This document shows, in pieces, positions 7,869 through 17,041 of a stretch of 64,000 nucleotides of DNA. The first letter of the stretch is position 1. Each line of letters starts with the position of its first letter. The notes below the pieces were generated by a model. The model did no database searches. It had not been told where the DNA came from and saw only the letters and a program-made list of their open reading frames with translations. Source of the DNA: Candidatus Kaiserbacteria bacterium (GTDB lineage: Bacteria; Patescibacteriota; Minisyncoccia; Phycocordibacterales; UBA2100); contig JAQBRI010000007.1 of NCBI GenBank assembly GCA_028286585.1, positions 18,479-82,478 on the forward strand. Reading direction: 5' to 3'. Position numbers and translations under genes: made by a program.

Positions 7869-10283
7869 TTACATCTCGATATCTTTCATCTCTCCCCAGC
7901 TTGGGCCCACGGCTGCGTCCACAATCAAAGGAACGTCTGCCAACAGCTCTGGCGCAACAATATGTTCCATTATATGTTTAATCTCTTTCGTCACTTGTGG
8001 CGCGAGACTCTTTTCAATCTCATAGACCAATTCATCATGTACTTGAAGAACCAGTCGTATTGTTTCTTTTGGATATTTCTTTTGAATCATGAGAGATGTT
8101 TGTATCATCGCAAGCTTGATAATGTCGGCTTGTGTTCCTTGAATAGGAGCATTGATAGCCATACGCTCAGCTTGAGCGATAAGTGCAGGCTGATTGGTTT
8201 TGAATCCTGCAAAATATCGACGACGACCAAACAATGTTTCGGTGTAGCCGTTTTTTTGTGCATCAAATTTTGTCTTGTCGATATATTCTCGCAGTCTTGG
8301 AAATTGTTTGAAGTAAGCGTCCAAAAATTCCGATGCTTGCGTGCGCGACACATCACTTCCCAAACTTCCCCGTAGCGCGTTGACTCCCATGCCGTACAAG
8401 ATTCCAAAGTTGATAACTTTTGCCTTGCGTCGCATATCACTGGTTACATTTTGCGGCACAACTGCAAACACCTCACTCGCAACTGCCGTGTGTACATCCT
8501 GATTTTCCTGGAATGTCTTGATAAGTTTTTCGTCACCCGAAATGGCTGCAGCGATTCTCAGTTCAACCTGTGAATAGTCGAGCGAGACCAAGACCGCACC
8601 CTCTTCTGCCTTGAATGCCCCTCGAATCCGGCGGCCATAGTCAGTTTTAATTGGAATATTCTGCAAATTTGGTGCCTCGCTCGCCATGCGCCCTGTTGTG
8701 GTTCCAGCTTGTAAAAAATACGCATGAAGACGGCCGTCGGTTTCAACGAGTGCCGGGATTTTTTCTATGTAAGTTGAAAGTAATTTTGAAAGTTCACGGT
8801 ACGCGAGCACGTCATCAATAATAGGATGCTGTCCTGCCATCTTGAGAAGCTCTTCTTCTCGCGTAGTACGTGCACCACTTGCGGTCTTTTTTTGTTTTTC
8901 GAGCGTAAGACCAAGTTCGTCATACAAAACGACGCCGAGCTGTTTTGGTGAACTAATATTAAATTCATGTCCTGCATGTTTGTGAATGCGTTTTTCTATA
9001 TTTTTTAATTCCTTACTGTATTCCACGGACAAGGTCTTAAGATACGGCACATCAACACGAACCCCATCAGTATGCATGCGCTCGACGATAGCAACCAACG
9101 GCTTTTCAATTGTGTCATATACCTCCTGAAGTCGGCCGGTCTTTTTGATTTCTTCAAAAATATATTCGTAGGCTTCTTTGAATGTTTTTTTCTTGGTCGC
9201 CAACAACACATCCTCAAGCGACGGGTTGGAAATATCAGATCGCAACAGCCACAAGCCTACCGATGCTTCTTTGAGTAAATCCGGATCAACATCTTCCTTC
9301 ACAACTTCCTCATCTGTCGCAGCGCTATCAAACATGTCGCCAAATGAAGTTTGATTTTTGCTTGCCTCTTGTTTGGCCAGTGCCTGTAGACGTGTTTTAA
9401 AGGAATTGAATTCAAGTTCTTCGCATAATGCCATCGCCGTTTCAATATGATCCGAAACACGCCACTCTTCTGGCGGTAATGTAAACGTGATGGGTGTATC
9501 GTGACGAATCGTTGCAAGACTATATGACATGTAGGCACTTTCTTTGCCGTTTTTTAAAAGTTCTACCATACGCGCCTTTATTCCCGCTTTTATAAGCAAG
9601 TCTTCGTTCTTTTCAAGTGTCTTGTAGATATTGTCGATCGACCCAAAATTGACGATCATGTCGGTTGCTGTTTTTTCTCCAATTCCTTTGATACCGGGAA
9701 TATTATCCGACGGATCTCCTCGTAGCGCCTTGTAGTCAATAACATGCTCGGGCCCAAAACCATACCGCTCGATCACTCGATCTCGGTCGTAGGTAATTGT
9801 TTCTGAGATTCCTTTTCCAAATGTATACACCGATACACCGTCACGCACGAGCTGTAGCGTATCCATATCCCCTGTCGCAATCACAATATCAAGGTCATCC
9901 CGATCACGCAGCTGGTACACAATAGTACCTACACAGTCATCAGCTTCAAATCCGGGTGCTTCGTATACAGGAACACCAAAAGCTTTGAACACCTCGGGTG
10001 CTTTTTTCAATTGCGAAATCAGGGCATCGTCTATTTGTGCTCGCGTACCTTTGTAGTCTGCAAACTGCGTATTACGAAATGTTCCTCCCGGAAGGTCTCG
10101 ACAGGCAATAACGTAATCGGGTTTCAAATCCTTTCCGATACGCAACAGCATCGACGCTACGCCAAACAATGCCCCCGTTGGCTCACCGCTGGTGGTCGCA
10201 AGTCCTGGTATTGCATGGTATGAACGATGCAATATTGCATGAGAGTCCAGTATGACGACTCGTTTTTTGGAAGACAGCTTCAT
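7869..10283 (-). CDS. polA: DNA polymerase I (5'-3' exonuclease plus polymerase; 3'-5' exonuclease region reduced)
   Basis: LDSHAILHRSYHA, FEADD, GDPSDNIPG, DYSQVELR, KVINFGILYG, LQVHDEL. Confidence 0.97.
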   Translation of the reverse strand: MKLSSKKRVVILDSHAILHRSYHAIPGLATTSGEPTGALFGVASMLLRIGKDLKPDYVIACRDLPGGTFRNTQFADYKGTRAQIDDALISQLKKAPEVFKAFGVPVYEAPGFEADDCVGTIVYQLRDRDDLDIVIATGDMDTLQLVRDGVSVYTFGKGISETITYDRDRVIERYGFGPEHVIDYKALRGDPSDNIPGIKGIGEKTATDMIVNFGSIDNIYKTLEKNEDLLIKAGIKARMVELLKNGKESAYMSYSLATIRHDTPITFTLPPEEWRVSDHIETAMALCEELEFNSFKTRLQALAKQEASKNQTSFGDMFDSAATDEEVVKEDVDPDLLKEASVGLWLLRSDISNPSLEDVLLATKKKTFKEAYEYIFEEIKKTGRLQEVYDTIEKPLVAIVERMHTDGVRVDVPYLKTLSVEYSKELKNIEKRIHKHAGHEFNISSPKQLGVVLYDELGLTLEKQKKTASGARTTREEELLKMAGQHPIIDDVLAYRELSKLLSTYIEKIPALVETDGRLHAYFLQAGTTTGRMASEAPNLQNIPIKTDYGRRIRGAFKAEEGAVLVSLDYSQVELRIAAAISGDEKLIKTFQENQDVHTAVASEVFAVVPQNVTSDMRRKAKVINFGILYGMGVNALRGSLGSDVSRTQASEFLDAYFKQFPRLREYIDKTKFDAQKNGYTETLFGRRRYFAGFKTNQPALIAQAERMAINAPIQGTQADIIKLAMIQTSLMIQKKYPKETIRLVLQVHDELVYEIEKSLAPQVTKEIKHIMEHIVAPELLADVPLIVDAAVGPSWGEMKDIEM

Positions 10284-10330
10284 TGCCACCATTGTACCGC
10301 GAGAGGAGGATTTGCGCAGTAAGCAAGCTT

Positions 10331-10747
10331 TTAGCCAAAAATCATTCTGTGATCTTCATCGACAAATGTAAACGTGAGACTCCTTGCAGAAGACGGCACT
10401 AATGCTTCCACTCGTTCGGGCCATTCGATGCAAATAAGATTTTTTGGGTCTTCGGCTATATCGCTCCATCCGAGCACTTCGAGTTCGTGGCTGTTTTTTA
10501 AACGATATGCATCTATATGAACAAGTGTGCTGTATGGGCCGGTAGATAGTGCGTATTTTTTCATAATGACAAAGGTCGGGCTCGTTACTACTTCTGTAAC
10601 TCCAAACTCATGGGCAACTATTTGAACAAGTGTCGTTTTGCCTGCACCCAAGTCACCGTGAAGTGCGAGAATGGTTGCATGCTGCTGCAGAGTGAGCGAT
10701 TGAGCTATTGTTTTTGCCTGCTCTTCAAATCCTTCTCTGTCTAACAT
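10331..10747 (-). CDS. tsaE: tRNA threonylcarbamoyladenosine biosynthesis ATPase TsaE
   Basis: GDLGAGKTT, SPTF, HIDAYRL, IEWPE. Confidence 0.95.
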   Translation of the reverse strand: MLDREGFEEQAKTIAQSLTLQQHATILALHGDLGAGKTTLVQIVAHEFGVTEVVTSPTFVIMKKYALSTGPYSTLVHIDAYRLKNSHELEVLGWSDIAEDPKNLICIEWPERVEALVPSSARSLTFTFVDEDHRMIFG

Positions 10748-10794
10748 ACGAGTTACTATATCAGAAAGTGTTTACCGAGTGCTACAATATCTGC

Positions 10795-12489
10795 ATGATG
10801 CAGTTTAATGAAACCAAGCAGGATGAACGTCTTCATGAGCTACGCGCAAAGGAGGAAGAAGAGTTGGCACAAATGCTTTCTCAAAAATATGGAATAGAAT
10901 TTATCGATCTTTCATCACACTCAATTGATACTGACGCGCTCCGTCTCATTCCCGAGGCGACCGCAAGAAACTGCGACATTGCGGCATTTAGCAAAGTTAA
11001 CAAAACAATTTTGCTTGCGATGCGTGCACCCGAGCGAACTGATGCACTCGAAGTAGCACACGGCCTCGAACGACTTGGTTACGCGGTGCGAAGATACATT
11101 GTTTCGACCGCGTCCCTAGAGCACGCATGGGAGCGCTACAAAGATATTTCGTATGCTGCAGAAACTGAAGCAGGCGTACTTACCCTTTCGGCAACAACTA
11201 TCACCGAGATGCTTGCCAAGCTTCAGACTATTGAAGACGTTCGCTCTGAAATAAAAATTCATATTACAGCAAAGGATAGCCATCGTATTTCTCGCATCCT
11301 CGAAATTATTATGGCGGGAGCGCTTGGGCTTGGTGCCTCTGACGTTCACCTTGAGCCTGAAGAAAAGGGAGTCAACATGCGATATCGACTGGACGGCGTT
11401 TTGCTTGCCGTTGCCTCATTTGATTTTGAAACGTACCGACTTATGTCGTCCCGACTCAAACTGTTGTCTGGCTTGAAATTGAATATAAAAAATGCCGCTC
11501 AAGACGGACGATTTTCGATTGTGGTCAAGGAAAAAGAAATCGAGATTCGCGCCAGTGTTTTGCCGGGCGCATATGCCGAAACGATTGTTATGCGTATTTT
11601 GGATCCTTCAACTATTGCACTTCCAATGGAAGCGCTTGGTTTTGATACGTACCTCATGGATATCTTCAATCGTGAAATTGAAAAACCAAACGGTATGATT
11701 CTCAATACTGGTCCGACCGGATCTGGTAAAACAACCACACTCTACGCATTCCTTAATCGTGTTCGATCATCCGAAGTCAAAATCATTACCATTGAAGATC
11801 CTATCGAATACCACCTTGACGGTGTAGTGCAGACGCAGGTATCACGAGACTATTCATTTGCAGCAGGTTTGCGAAGTACACTCCGACAAGACCCGGACAT
11901 TATTATGGTGGGTGAAATCCGAGATAACGAAGTTGCGGAAACTGCGGTGCAGGCGTCCCTCACCGGTCACCTCGTATTCTCGACCTTGCATACCAATGAC
12001 GCCGCGGGAACATTCCCCCGCCTTATGGGTATGGGTGTATCTCCCGATATTTTGGGAGCATCACTTACTGTTGCGATGGCACAGCGTTTGGTTCGTCGCT
12101 TGTGTCCTCATTGCCGCATACAAGTTGAAATAACCGGCGACGAAAAAAAGCTTGTTGATTTATTACTTACCAACATTCCACACCCAGAAGGAATTCCAGA
12201 GAATCGCGGAGTAATGTTCATGCCAAAAGGTTGCGAGAAGTGCCGCGGTCTTGGATACAAGGGCCGAATCTCTGTTGTCGAAGTTATTTTGATGGATCAT
12301 GCAATTGAAAGCACTATCCGCGAGAGTGCGAGTGAACGCACCATCTGGCTTGCAGCTCGTCCACAAAATATTCGCCGCATGTCACAAGATGGTGTTATCA
12401 AAATTTTGCAAGGCGTTACTTCACTCGAAGAACTTGGCCGCGTCGTTGATTTGCACGACGATTCCCTTGAAGCGTACATAAAGGGATAA
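10795..12489 (+). CDS. pilB: GspE/PilB-family type IV pilus assembly ATPase
   Basis: ASDVHLEP, TGPTGSGKTTTLY, TIEDPIEY, LRQDPDIIMVGEIRD, STLHTND, CxxC pairs; start refined to 10795. Confidence 0.9.
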   Translation: MMQFNETKQDERLHELRAKEEEELAQMLSQKYGIEFIDLSSHSIDTDALRLIPEATARNCDIAAFSKVNKTILLAMRAPERTDALEVAHGLERLGYAVRRYIVSTASLEHAWERYKDISYAAETEAGVLTLSATTITEMLAKLQTIEDVRSEIKIHITAKDSHRISRILEIIMAGALGLGASDVHLEPEEKGVNMRYRLDGVLLAVASFDFETYRLMSSRLKLLSGLKLNIKNAAQDGRFSIVVKEKEIEIRASVLPGAYAETIVMRILDPSTIALPMEALGFDTYLMDIFNREIEKPNGMILNTGPTGSGKTTTLYAFLNRVRSSEVKIITIEDPIEYHLDGVVQTQVSRDYSFAAGLRSTLRQDPDIIMVGEIRDNEVAETAVQASLTGHLVFSTLHTNDAAGTFPRLMGMGVSPDILGASLTVAMAQRLVRRLCPHCRIQVEITGDEKKLVDLLLTNIPHPEGIPENRGVMFMPKGCEKCRGLGYKGRISVVEVILMDHAIESTIRESASERTIWLAARPQNIRRMSQDGVIKILQGVTSLEELGRVVDLHDDSLEAYIKG

Positions 12490-12508
12490 AACCATGCATA
12501 GATTGACA

Positions 12509-12548
12509 AAAAACATCTCCGTATTTTCAAAAATACGGAGATGTTTTT
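12509..12548. terminator. Bidirectional intrinsic terminator
   Basis: Long perfect hairpin AAAAACATCTCCGTATTT/AAATACGGAGATGTTTTT. Confidence 0.8.
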
Positions 12549-12601
12549 ACACCACAGAAAAATCTTGCACAGAAGGAATGGGGTGATACTGTTTGTACTA
12601 G

Positions 12602-12740
12602 AAAAGCAGCAAGATTTTCAGACCGAGCTTTCTGTAAGAAAAGGTGCACCATGACTTAGGGATGGAGAAAGCCTTTATATAAATATAAAAACTGTCTCGT
12701 CCGTAGTGAAGTACGTCGGTCTGAAAATCTTGCTGCTTTT
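12602..12740. repeat. Perfect 25-bp inverted repeat enclosing 89 nt of structured sequence (candidate ncRNA or invertible element)
   Basis: AAAAGCAGCAAGATTTTCAGACCGA at 12602-12626, exact reverse complement at 12716-12740. Confidence 0.85.
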
Positions 12741-12816
12741 AAACAAAAGAAGTGTCGATCGCTCGACAACTTGAGGGAGTATAGCATATCTATTTCATTT
12801 GTCAATAGAGGATCAT

Positions 12817-13842
12817 ATGAACACAAATATACCAAACACGCAGCCAAAAAAAGAAACTGGGATGCGATCCCTCGATCAGGCACTGCGTCCTGAATCATGG
12901 ACCGAATATATTGGGCAGCCAACCATCAAAGAGAACCTGAGAATCCTTCTTTCTGCTGCAAAAGGCCGCGGTCATCAGCCCGAGCACGTTCTTTTGTATG
13001 GTCCACCAGGACTTGGCAAAACAACGCTCGCACATCTCATTACCAAAGAGATTGGTTCATCACTTCGTGCAACATCTGGGCCCGCGATCGAGCGCGTGGG
13101 AGATCTCGCCTCAATTCTTACCAACCTCTCCCCTGGTGACGTATTGTTTATTGACGAAATTCACCGCTTAAACCGAAACATCGAAGAAATTTTGTATCCT
13201 GCGCTCGAAGCAGGCGTACTCGATATTATTATCGGTAAAGGTCCAGCAGCCCGCACGGTACAGCTTGAACTTCCTCCGTTTACTCTCATCGCAGCAACAA
13301 CACGCATCTCGATGTTGAGTGCACCGCTGCGAAGTCGCTTTTCGGGCGGAACGTTCCGGCTTGCTTATTATTCCCACGAGGAAATCGCCGAAATTCTTCG
13401 CAGGTCTGCACGTATTTTGAATATCGAAGCCGATCAGGATGCATTTATGGAAATAGCTCGGCGCAGTCGAGCGACACCTCGTACTGCAAACTACTTGCTT
13501 AAGCGCGCAAGAGACTTTGCAGACGTAAACCAAGAACCGCTCTCGGTAAAGACGATTAAAAAGGCGCTTGCGCTGTTGGAAATAGATGAAATTGGTCTCA
13601 ATCAAACCGACCGCGACATTCTCTCGACAATAATCGACAAATTTCATGGCGGACCCGTCGGTCTAAAAAGTATTGCTGCAACACTCTCAGAAGAGGAGGC
13701 AACTATTGAGGAGGTGCATGAGCCATATCTTATGCAAATCGGCCTCATCGAACGCACTCCCCGCGGCCGTGTCGTCACTTCACAAGGTTATACCCACATT
13801 GGTTATGATGTCCCAGAAAGTGCTCAAGGAAAATTGGTGTAA
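12817..13842 (+). CDS. ruvB: Holliday junction DNA helicase RuvB
   Basis: LRP, GPPGLGKTTLA, FIDEIHRL, PLRSRF, IERTPRGR. Confidence 0.97.
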   Translation: MNTNIPNTQPKKETGMRSLDQALRPESWTEYIGQPTIKENLRILLSAAKGRGHQPEHVLLYGPPGLGKTTLAHLITKEIGSSLRATSGPAIERVGDLASILTNLSPGDVLFIDEIHRLNRNIEEILYPALEAGVLDIIIGKGPAARTVQLELPPFTLIAATTRISMLSAPLRSRFSGGTFRLAYYSHEEIAEILRRSARILNIEADQDAFMEIARRSRATPRTANYLLKRARDFADVNQEPLSVKTIKKALALLEIDEIGLNQTDRDILSTIIDKFHGGPVGLKSIAATLSEEEATIEEVHEPYLMQIGLIERTPRGRVVTSQGYTHIGYDVPESAQGKLV

Positions 13843-14703
13843 CTATCGTACAAACCGAACGTAGATTCCTGTCGGTAATGTTCGCTCACCGCTTGATTCA
13901 GCAATGTGCAATTCGCCGTATTCCCCACTTACTTCACCAAAAACACCTTCGACGAGTTGTTTAAAAGCAGTTGCAGAATAGCCGGCAGCGTAGCCATTGA
14001 GTAGAAAAAAAGAACCTGGCTTGTCACTCAAGAGTTGTTTTGTTGTTTCAACAAGCTTAATTAAATCTTCTTCTATTTTCCATACTTCTCCTTTGAGTCC
14101 GCGACCAAACGCAGGCGGATCAAGAATAATTCCTTCATACTTTGCATCTCGGCGTACATCACGAGCCACAAATTTCATGGCATCATCTGGAATATAGCGT
14201 ATTCCCTCCTCAGGCACGTTTGAAAGATCTGCATTTTTGTGCGCCCAATCAAGTGACTGTTTGGAGGCGTCGACATGAGTCACCTTCGCACCAGCAAGCG
14301 CCGCAACAATACTCGCCGCACCGGTATACCCAAAAAGGTTGAGTACCTTTGGTGATTCAAGTTTCTCAACTTGGTTCTTAATCCATTCCCAGTTTGCAGC
14401 TTGTTCAGGAAAAATCCCGACGTGTTTAAAATTAGTCTTACTCAGCTCCATCGACATAGCATTCCACTTAATAGTCCATTCGTTTGGCGCACTTTTTATC
14501 ATGTGCCACAAACCCTTTCCATCGGTATGCGAGTAGCGAGCTGATGCCTCTTTCCATGAATCAGTTATTGGCTTCCAAAGTGCCTGTGTTTCCGGACGAT
14601 CAAGGATGATATCCCCAAATCGTTCAAGCTTTGCTCCATTACCCGAATCAATGAGCTCGTAGTCTGCCCACTTTTTTGTGATGAGTTCTTTTTGTAGCAA
14701 CAT
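13843..14703 (-). CDS. Class I SAM-dependent methyltransferase (RlmI/RlmK-like)
   Basis: YELIDSG, GIFPEQ, LNLFGYTG, ILDPPAF. Confidence 0.85.
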   Translation of the reverse strand: MLLQKELITKKWADYELIDSGNGAKLERFGDIILDRPETQALWKPITDSWKEASARYSHTDGKGLWHMIKSAPNEWTIKWNAMSMELSKTNFKHVGIFPEQAANWEWIKNQVEKLESPKVLNLFGYTGAASIVAALAGAKVTHVDASKQSLDWAHKNADLSNVPEEGIRYIPDDAMKFVARDVRRDAKYEGIILDPPAFGRGLKGEVWKIEEDLIKLVETTKQLLSDKPGSFFLLNGYAAGYSATAFKQLVEGVFGEVSGEYGELHIAESSGERTLPTGIYVRFVR

Positions 14704-14704
14704 A

Positions 14705-15463
14705 TTATGAAAGTGCCTGCGGGTGTTGTCGGGACCATTCGTACAACACGACGGCAGTTGAGACGGCTGCGTTTAGTGACTCGGTGCGTGCATGCATTGG
14801 GATTTTAAGTTTTACATCGCAATGCTCAAGTGTTTTCTGATGAATCCCCTCGCCTTCGTTTCCAACCACAAATACAGCAGGTGCATTAAATTTCTCATCA
14901 TGCAGATTGGTTGCACCTTTCATCGCGAGACCATAGATCCAAAAACCTTTTTCCTTGAGAGCTCGTACTGCATTGTTTACATTTCCAATAGAAACAATCG
15001 GTACACGAAACGCCATTCCCGCAGATGTCTTCACTACCGCGCCGGTAACTTGCACCTGGTTGCGCTCGGGCATGAGTATTCCGGATATTCCAAACCCAGC
15101 TGCACTACGGATAATCGCACCCACGTTGTGTGGATCCTGAAGTTCGTCCATCAAAACCAATGCGGTATGAGGTGTAACCTCAACCTTCTTTAAAAAATCT
15201 TCAAATGAGATAACAAGCTTTGATGTATCAATTACTCCAATGACTCCTTGATGATTGGCGTCTTTTGCAACACCTGCCTGGCCGCTGAGCGGACCAACAT
15301 TAATGTTCAGTTCTTTGAGTCGGGCGGTTATTTGTGGGGGCAACGCACCTGGAGCAAGAAAAACCTTTTGGATAATATGGGGTACCGTTTCAATGGCCTC
15401 GGTGAGGGCATGCTTTCCATAGATATAGACTTTTTCTCGTGTCATAGTGCCTGGTCCCTGCAT
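14705..15463 (-). CDS. rlmB: 23S rRNA Gm2251 methyltransferase RlmB
   Basis: YIYGKHA, HQGVIG, QDPHNVGAIIRSA, GNEGEG, ESLNAAVS. Confidence 0.9.
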   Translation of the reverse strand: MQGPGTMTREKVYIYGKHALTEAIETVPHIIQKVFLAPGALPPQITARLKELNINVGPLSGQAGVAKDANHQGVIGVIDTSKLVISFEDFLKKVEVTPHTALVLMDELQDPHNVGAIIRSAAGFGISGILMPERNQVQVTGAVVKTSAGMAFRVPIVSIGNVNNAVRALKEKGFWIYGLAMKGATNLHDEKFNAPAVFVVGNEGEGIHQKTLEHCDVKLKIPMHARTESLNAAVSTAVVLYEWSRQHPQALS

Positions 15464-15469
15464 CTTGCA

Positions 15470-15727
15470 CTATTGTGGAGTAGATGTCGATGTACTCGTT
15501 GATTCTATTATTTGTTGAACAGGTTGGGAGGGAAAATTTGGCTCAGCTAGTGTTGCCGGTGCCACGCCTGCAGAGAGTGATTCTGCCTGAATGCCTGCCG
15601 GTGTAATGGGAATAGAAATTGCCGAGGTTGGAGATCCGGGAGTCACTCCAACTGATATTGCCCACGCACCAACGTTGACACCAAGAACGACAGCGCAGAT
15701 GCGGACGAGAAATTCGTGTCTAAACAT
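15470..15727 (-). CDS. Small hypothetical membrane/secreted protein
   Basis: Hydrophobic N-terminus, Pro/Ser/Thr-rich tail; TACAAT 6 nt before the ATG at 15727. Confidence 0.55.
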   Translation of the reverse strand: MFRHEFLVRICAVVLGVNVGAWAISVGVTPGSPTSAISIPITPAGIQAESLSAGVAPATLAEPNFPSQPVQQIIESTSTSTSTPQ

Positions 15728-15754
15728 GTTTGTATTGTACAGGAAAAAAGAGGC

Positions 15755-15863
15755 GCATTCACGGTATAAGTTTGCAGAGCACACTGTATTTTTCTACTGA
15801 AAAATCAGTTCCCTCTCAGGCCGTCGCCTTCCGAGAGTCTCTGCAAACTTATACCGTGAGTGC
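15755..15863 (-). repeat. Structured repeat, copy A: 25-bp stem closing a two-hairpin core
   Basis: IR 15755-15779/15839-15863 (24 of 25 positions match); core aligns with 63021-63080. Confidence 0.8.
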
Positions 15864-15915
15864 TGAGAAGGTCAGGGGGAATGCGGCGACTATTGAAATC
15901 TTATATACTATTCAT

Positions 15916-16449
15916 ATGTCGGGACATAACAAATGGGCGCAAATTAAGCACAAAAAGGCAATAACCGATTCACGGCGCGGCAAACTCTGGACAACTATTT
16001 CGCGGCGCATTACGGTAGAAAGCAAAAAATCAGGCGGAGATACAACGTCTCCAGCTCTTCGTACTTGGATCGATAAGGGGCGCGAAGCCAATATGCCAAA
16101 AGAAACCATCGAACGAGCAATCACTAAAGGTGTATCGAGCGATGCTGCTGCAACAGAATCCATAACATACGAAGCATATGGCCCAGGTGGTGTTGCCATT
16201 ATCATCAATACACTTACCGACAGTCGTAATCGCACAGCACAAGAAATTAAACACCTTCTCTCACTTCATGGTGTTGCTCTTGCCGCTGTCGGTTCGGCAC
16301 TGTGGGCATTTGAAAAAACTGGTGAGGGTTACGTGCCGCTAACCATGGTCAAGGTTGAAACACCCGAAGATGAAGACGCCCTCATGAAACTACTCGACGC
16401 ATTGGACGATAATGATGATGTCGAAGAGGTGTATACCAACGCCGAATAA
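15916..16449 (+). CDS. yebC: YebC/PmpR-family protein (short form, 177 aa)
   Basis: MSGHNKWAQIKHKK, NMPKETIERAI, YEAYGPGGVA, DDVEEVYTN. Confidence 0.93.
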   Translation: MSGHNKWAQIKHKKAITDSRRGKLWTTISRRITVESKKSGGDTTSPALRTWIDKGREANMPKETIERAITKGVSSDAAATESITYEAYGPGGVAIIINTLTDSRNRTAQEIKHLLSLHGVALAAVGSALWAFEKTGEGYVPLTMVKVETPEDEDALMKLLDALDDNDDVEEVYTNAE

Positions 16450-17007
16450 TCACCTCGTTACAATATGCGTACGCCGCAGCTCCTTTCTTAAAAGGAGATG
16501 CTCTGGACATGCTCGTGCAACTAAATTCCAAAAATTCTTTGAATGATTCAGTTCTTTGAGGTGGCAAAGTTCATGAATAACAATGTAATCGATGAGTTTT
16601 TCGGGAAGCAGCGCTATTTTGTAATTAAAATTAAGATTGCCACTGCGCGAGCAGCTCCCCCACCGAGTCTTTTGATCTCGTATGCTCACTTTCTTATATG
16701 AATATCCATATTGCGCGGCAAAGTAACCAAGTCGGTCTTTAATGATGCGAGCTGTCTTCTCTTTTAAAACAGGAATATCTTTTTTTGGAACTTTTATAAT
16801 GTTTCTTTGTGAGGCTTGCTGCTGTCTCTTATAAATCCAGGCACCATGTTTGCGTACATATGCGTCAACATAATTTTTCGATAGGAGTACTGGCGCAGTA
16901 ACTCGTACCACACCATCAATATCCACCATTATTCGAAGTGAGCGGGAACGACGGCTTCGGACAAGCGTATATTCCGAACTCTGTAATTGATTTGTATCGT
17001 GTAACAC
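16450..17007 (-). CDS. YgjP/M48-like (DUF45) zinc metalloprotein
   Basis: KTRWGSCS, YIVIHELCHLKELNHSKNFW; start placed at GTG 17007 from the -10 spacing. Confidence 0.88.
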   Translation of the reverse strand: MLHDTNQLQSSEYTLVRSRRSRSLRIMVDIDGVVRVTAPVLLSKNYVDAYVRKHGAWIYKRQQQASQRNIIKVPKKDIPVLKEKTARIIKDRLGYFAAQYGYSYKKVSIRDQKTRWGSCSRSGNLNFNYKIALLPEKLIDYIVIHELCHLKELNHSKNFWNLVARACPEHLLLRKELRRTHIVTR

Positions 17008-17041
17008 AGGCCCATAGTACCCCAAATGGTATGATGCGAAC

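Noticed and set aside
12602-12740. Retron msr-msd or hammerhead ribozyme
   Set aside because: No reverse transcriptase nearby and no CUGAUGA/GAAA core in the right geometry
15806-15885. Glycine, TPP or ZTP riboswitch (CTCTCAGG, GCTGAGA, CCGTCGCC fragments)
   Set aside because: Only isolated short matches without the other conserved elements; better explained by the repeat family shared with 62991-63108
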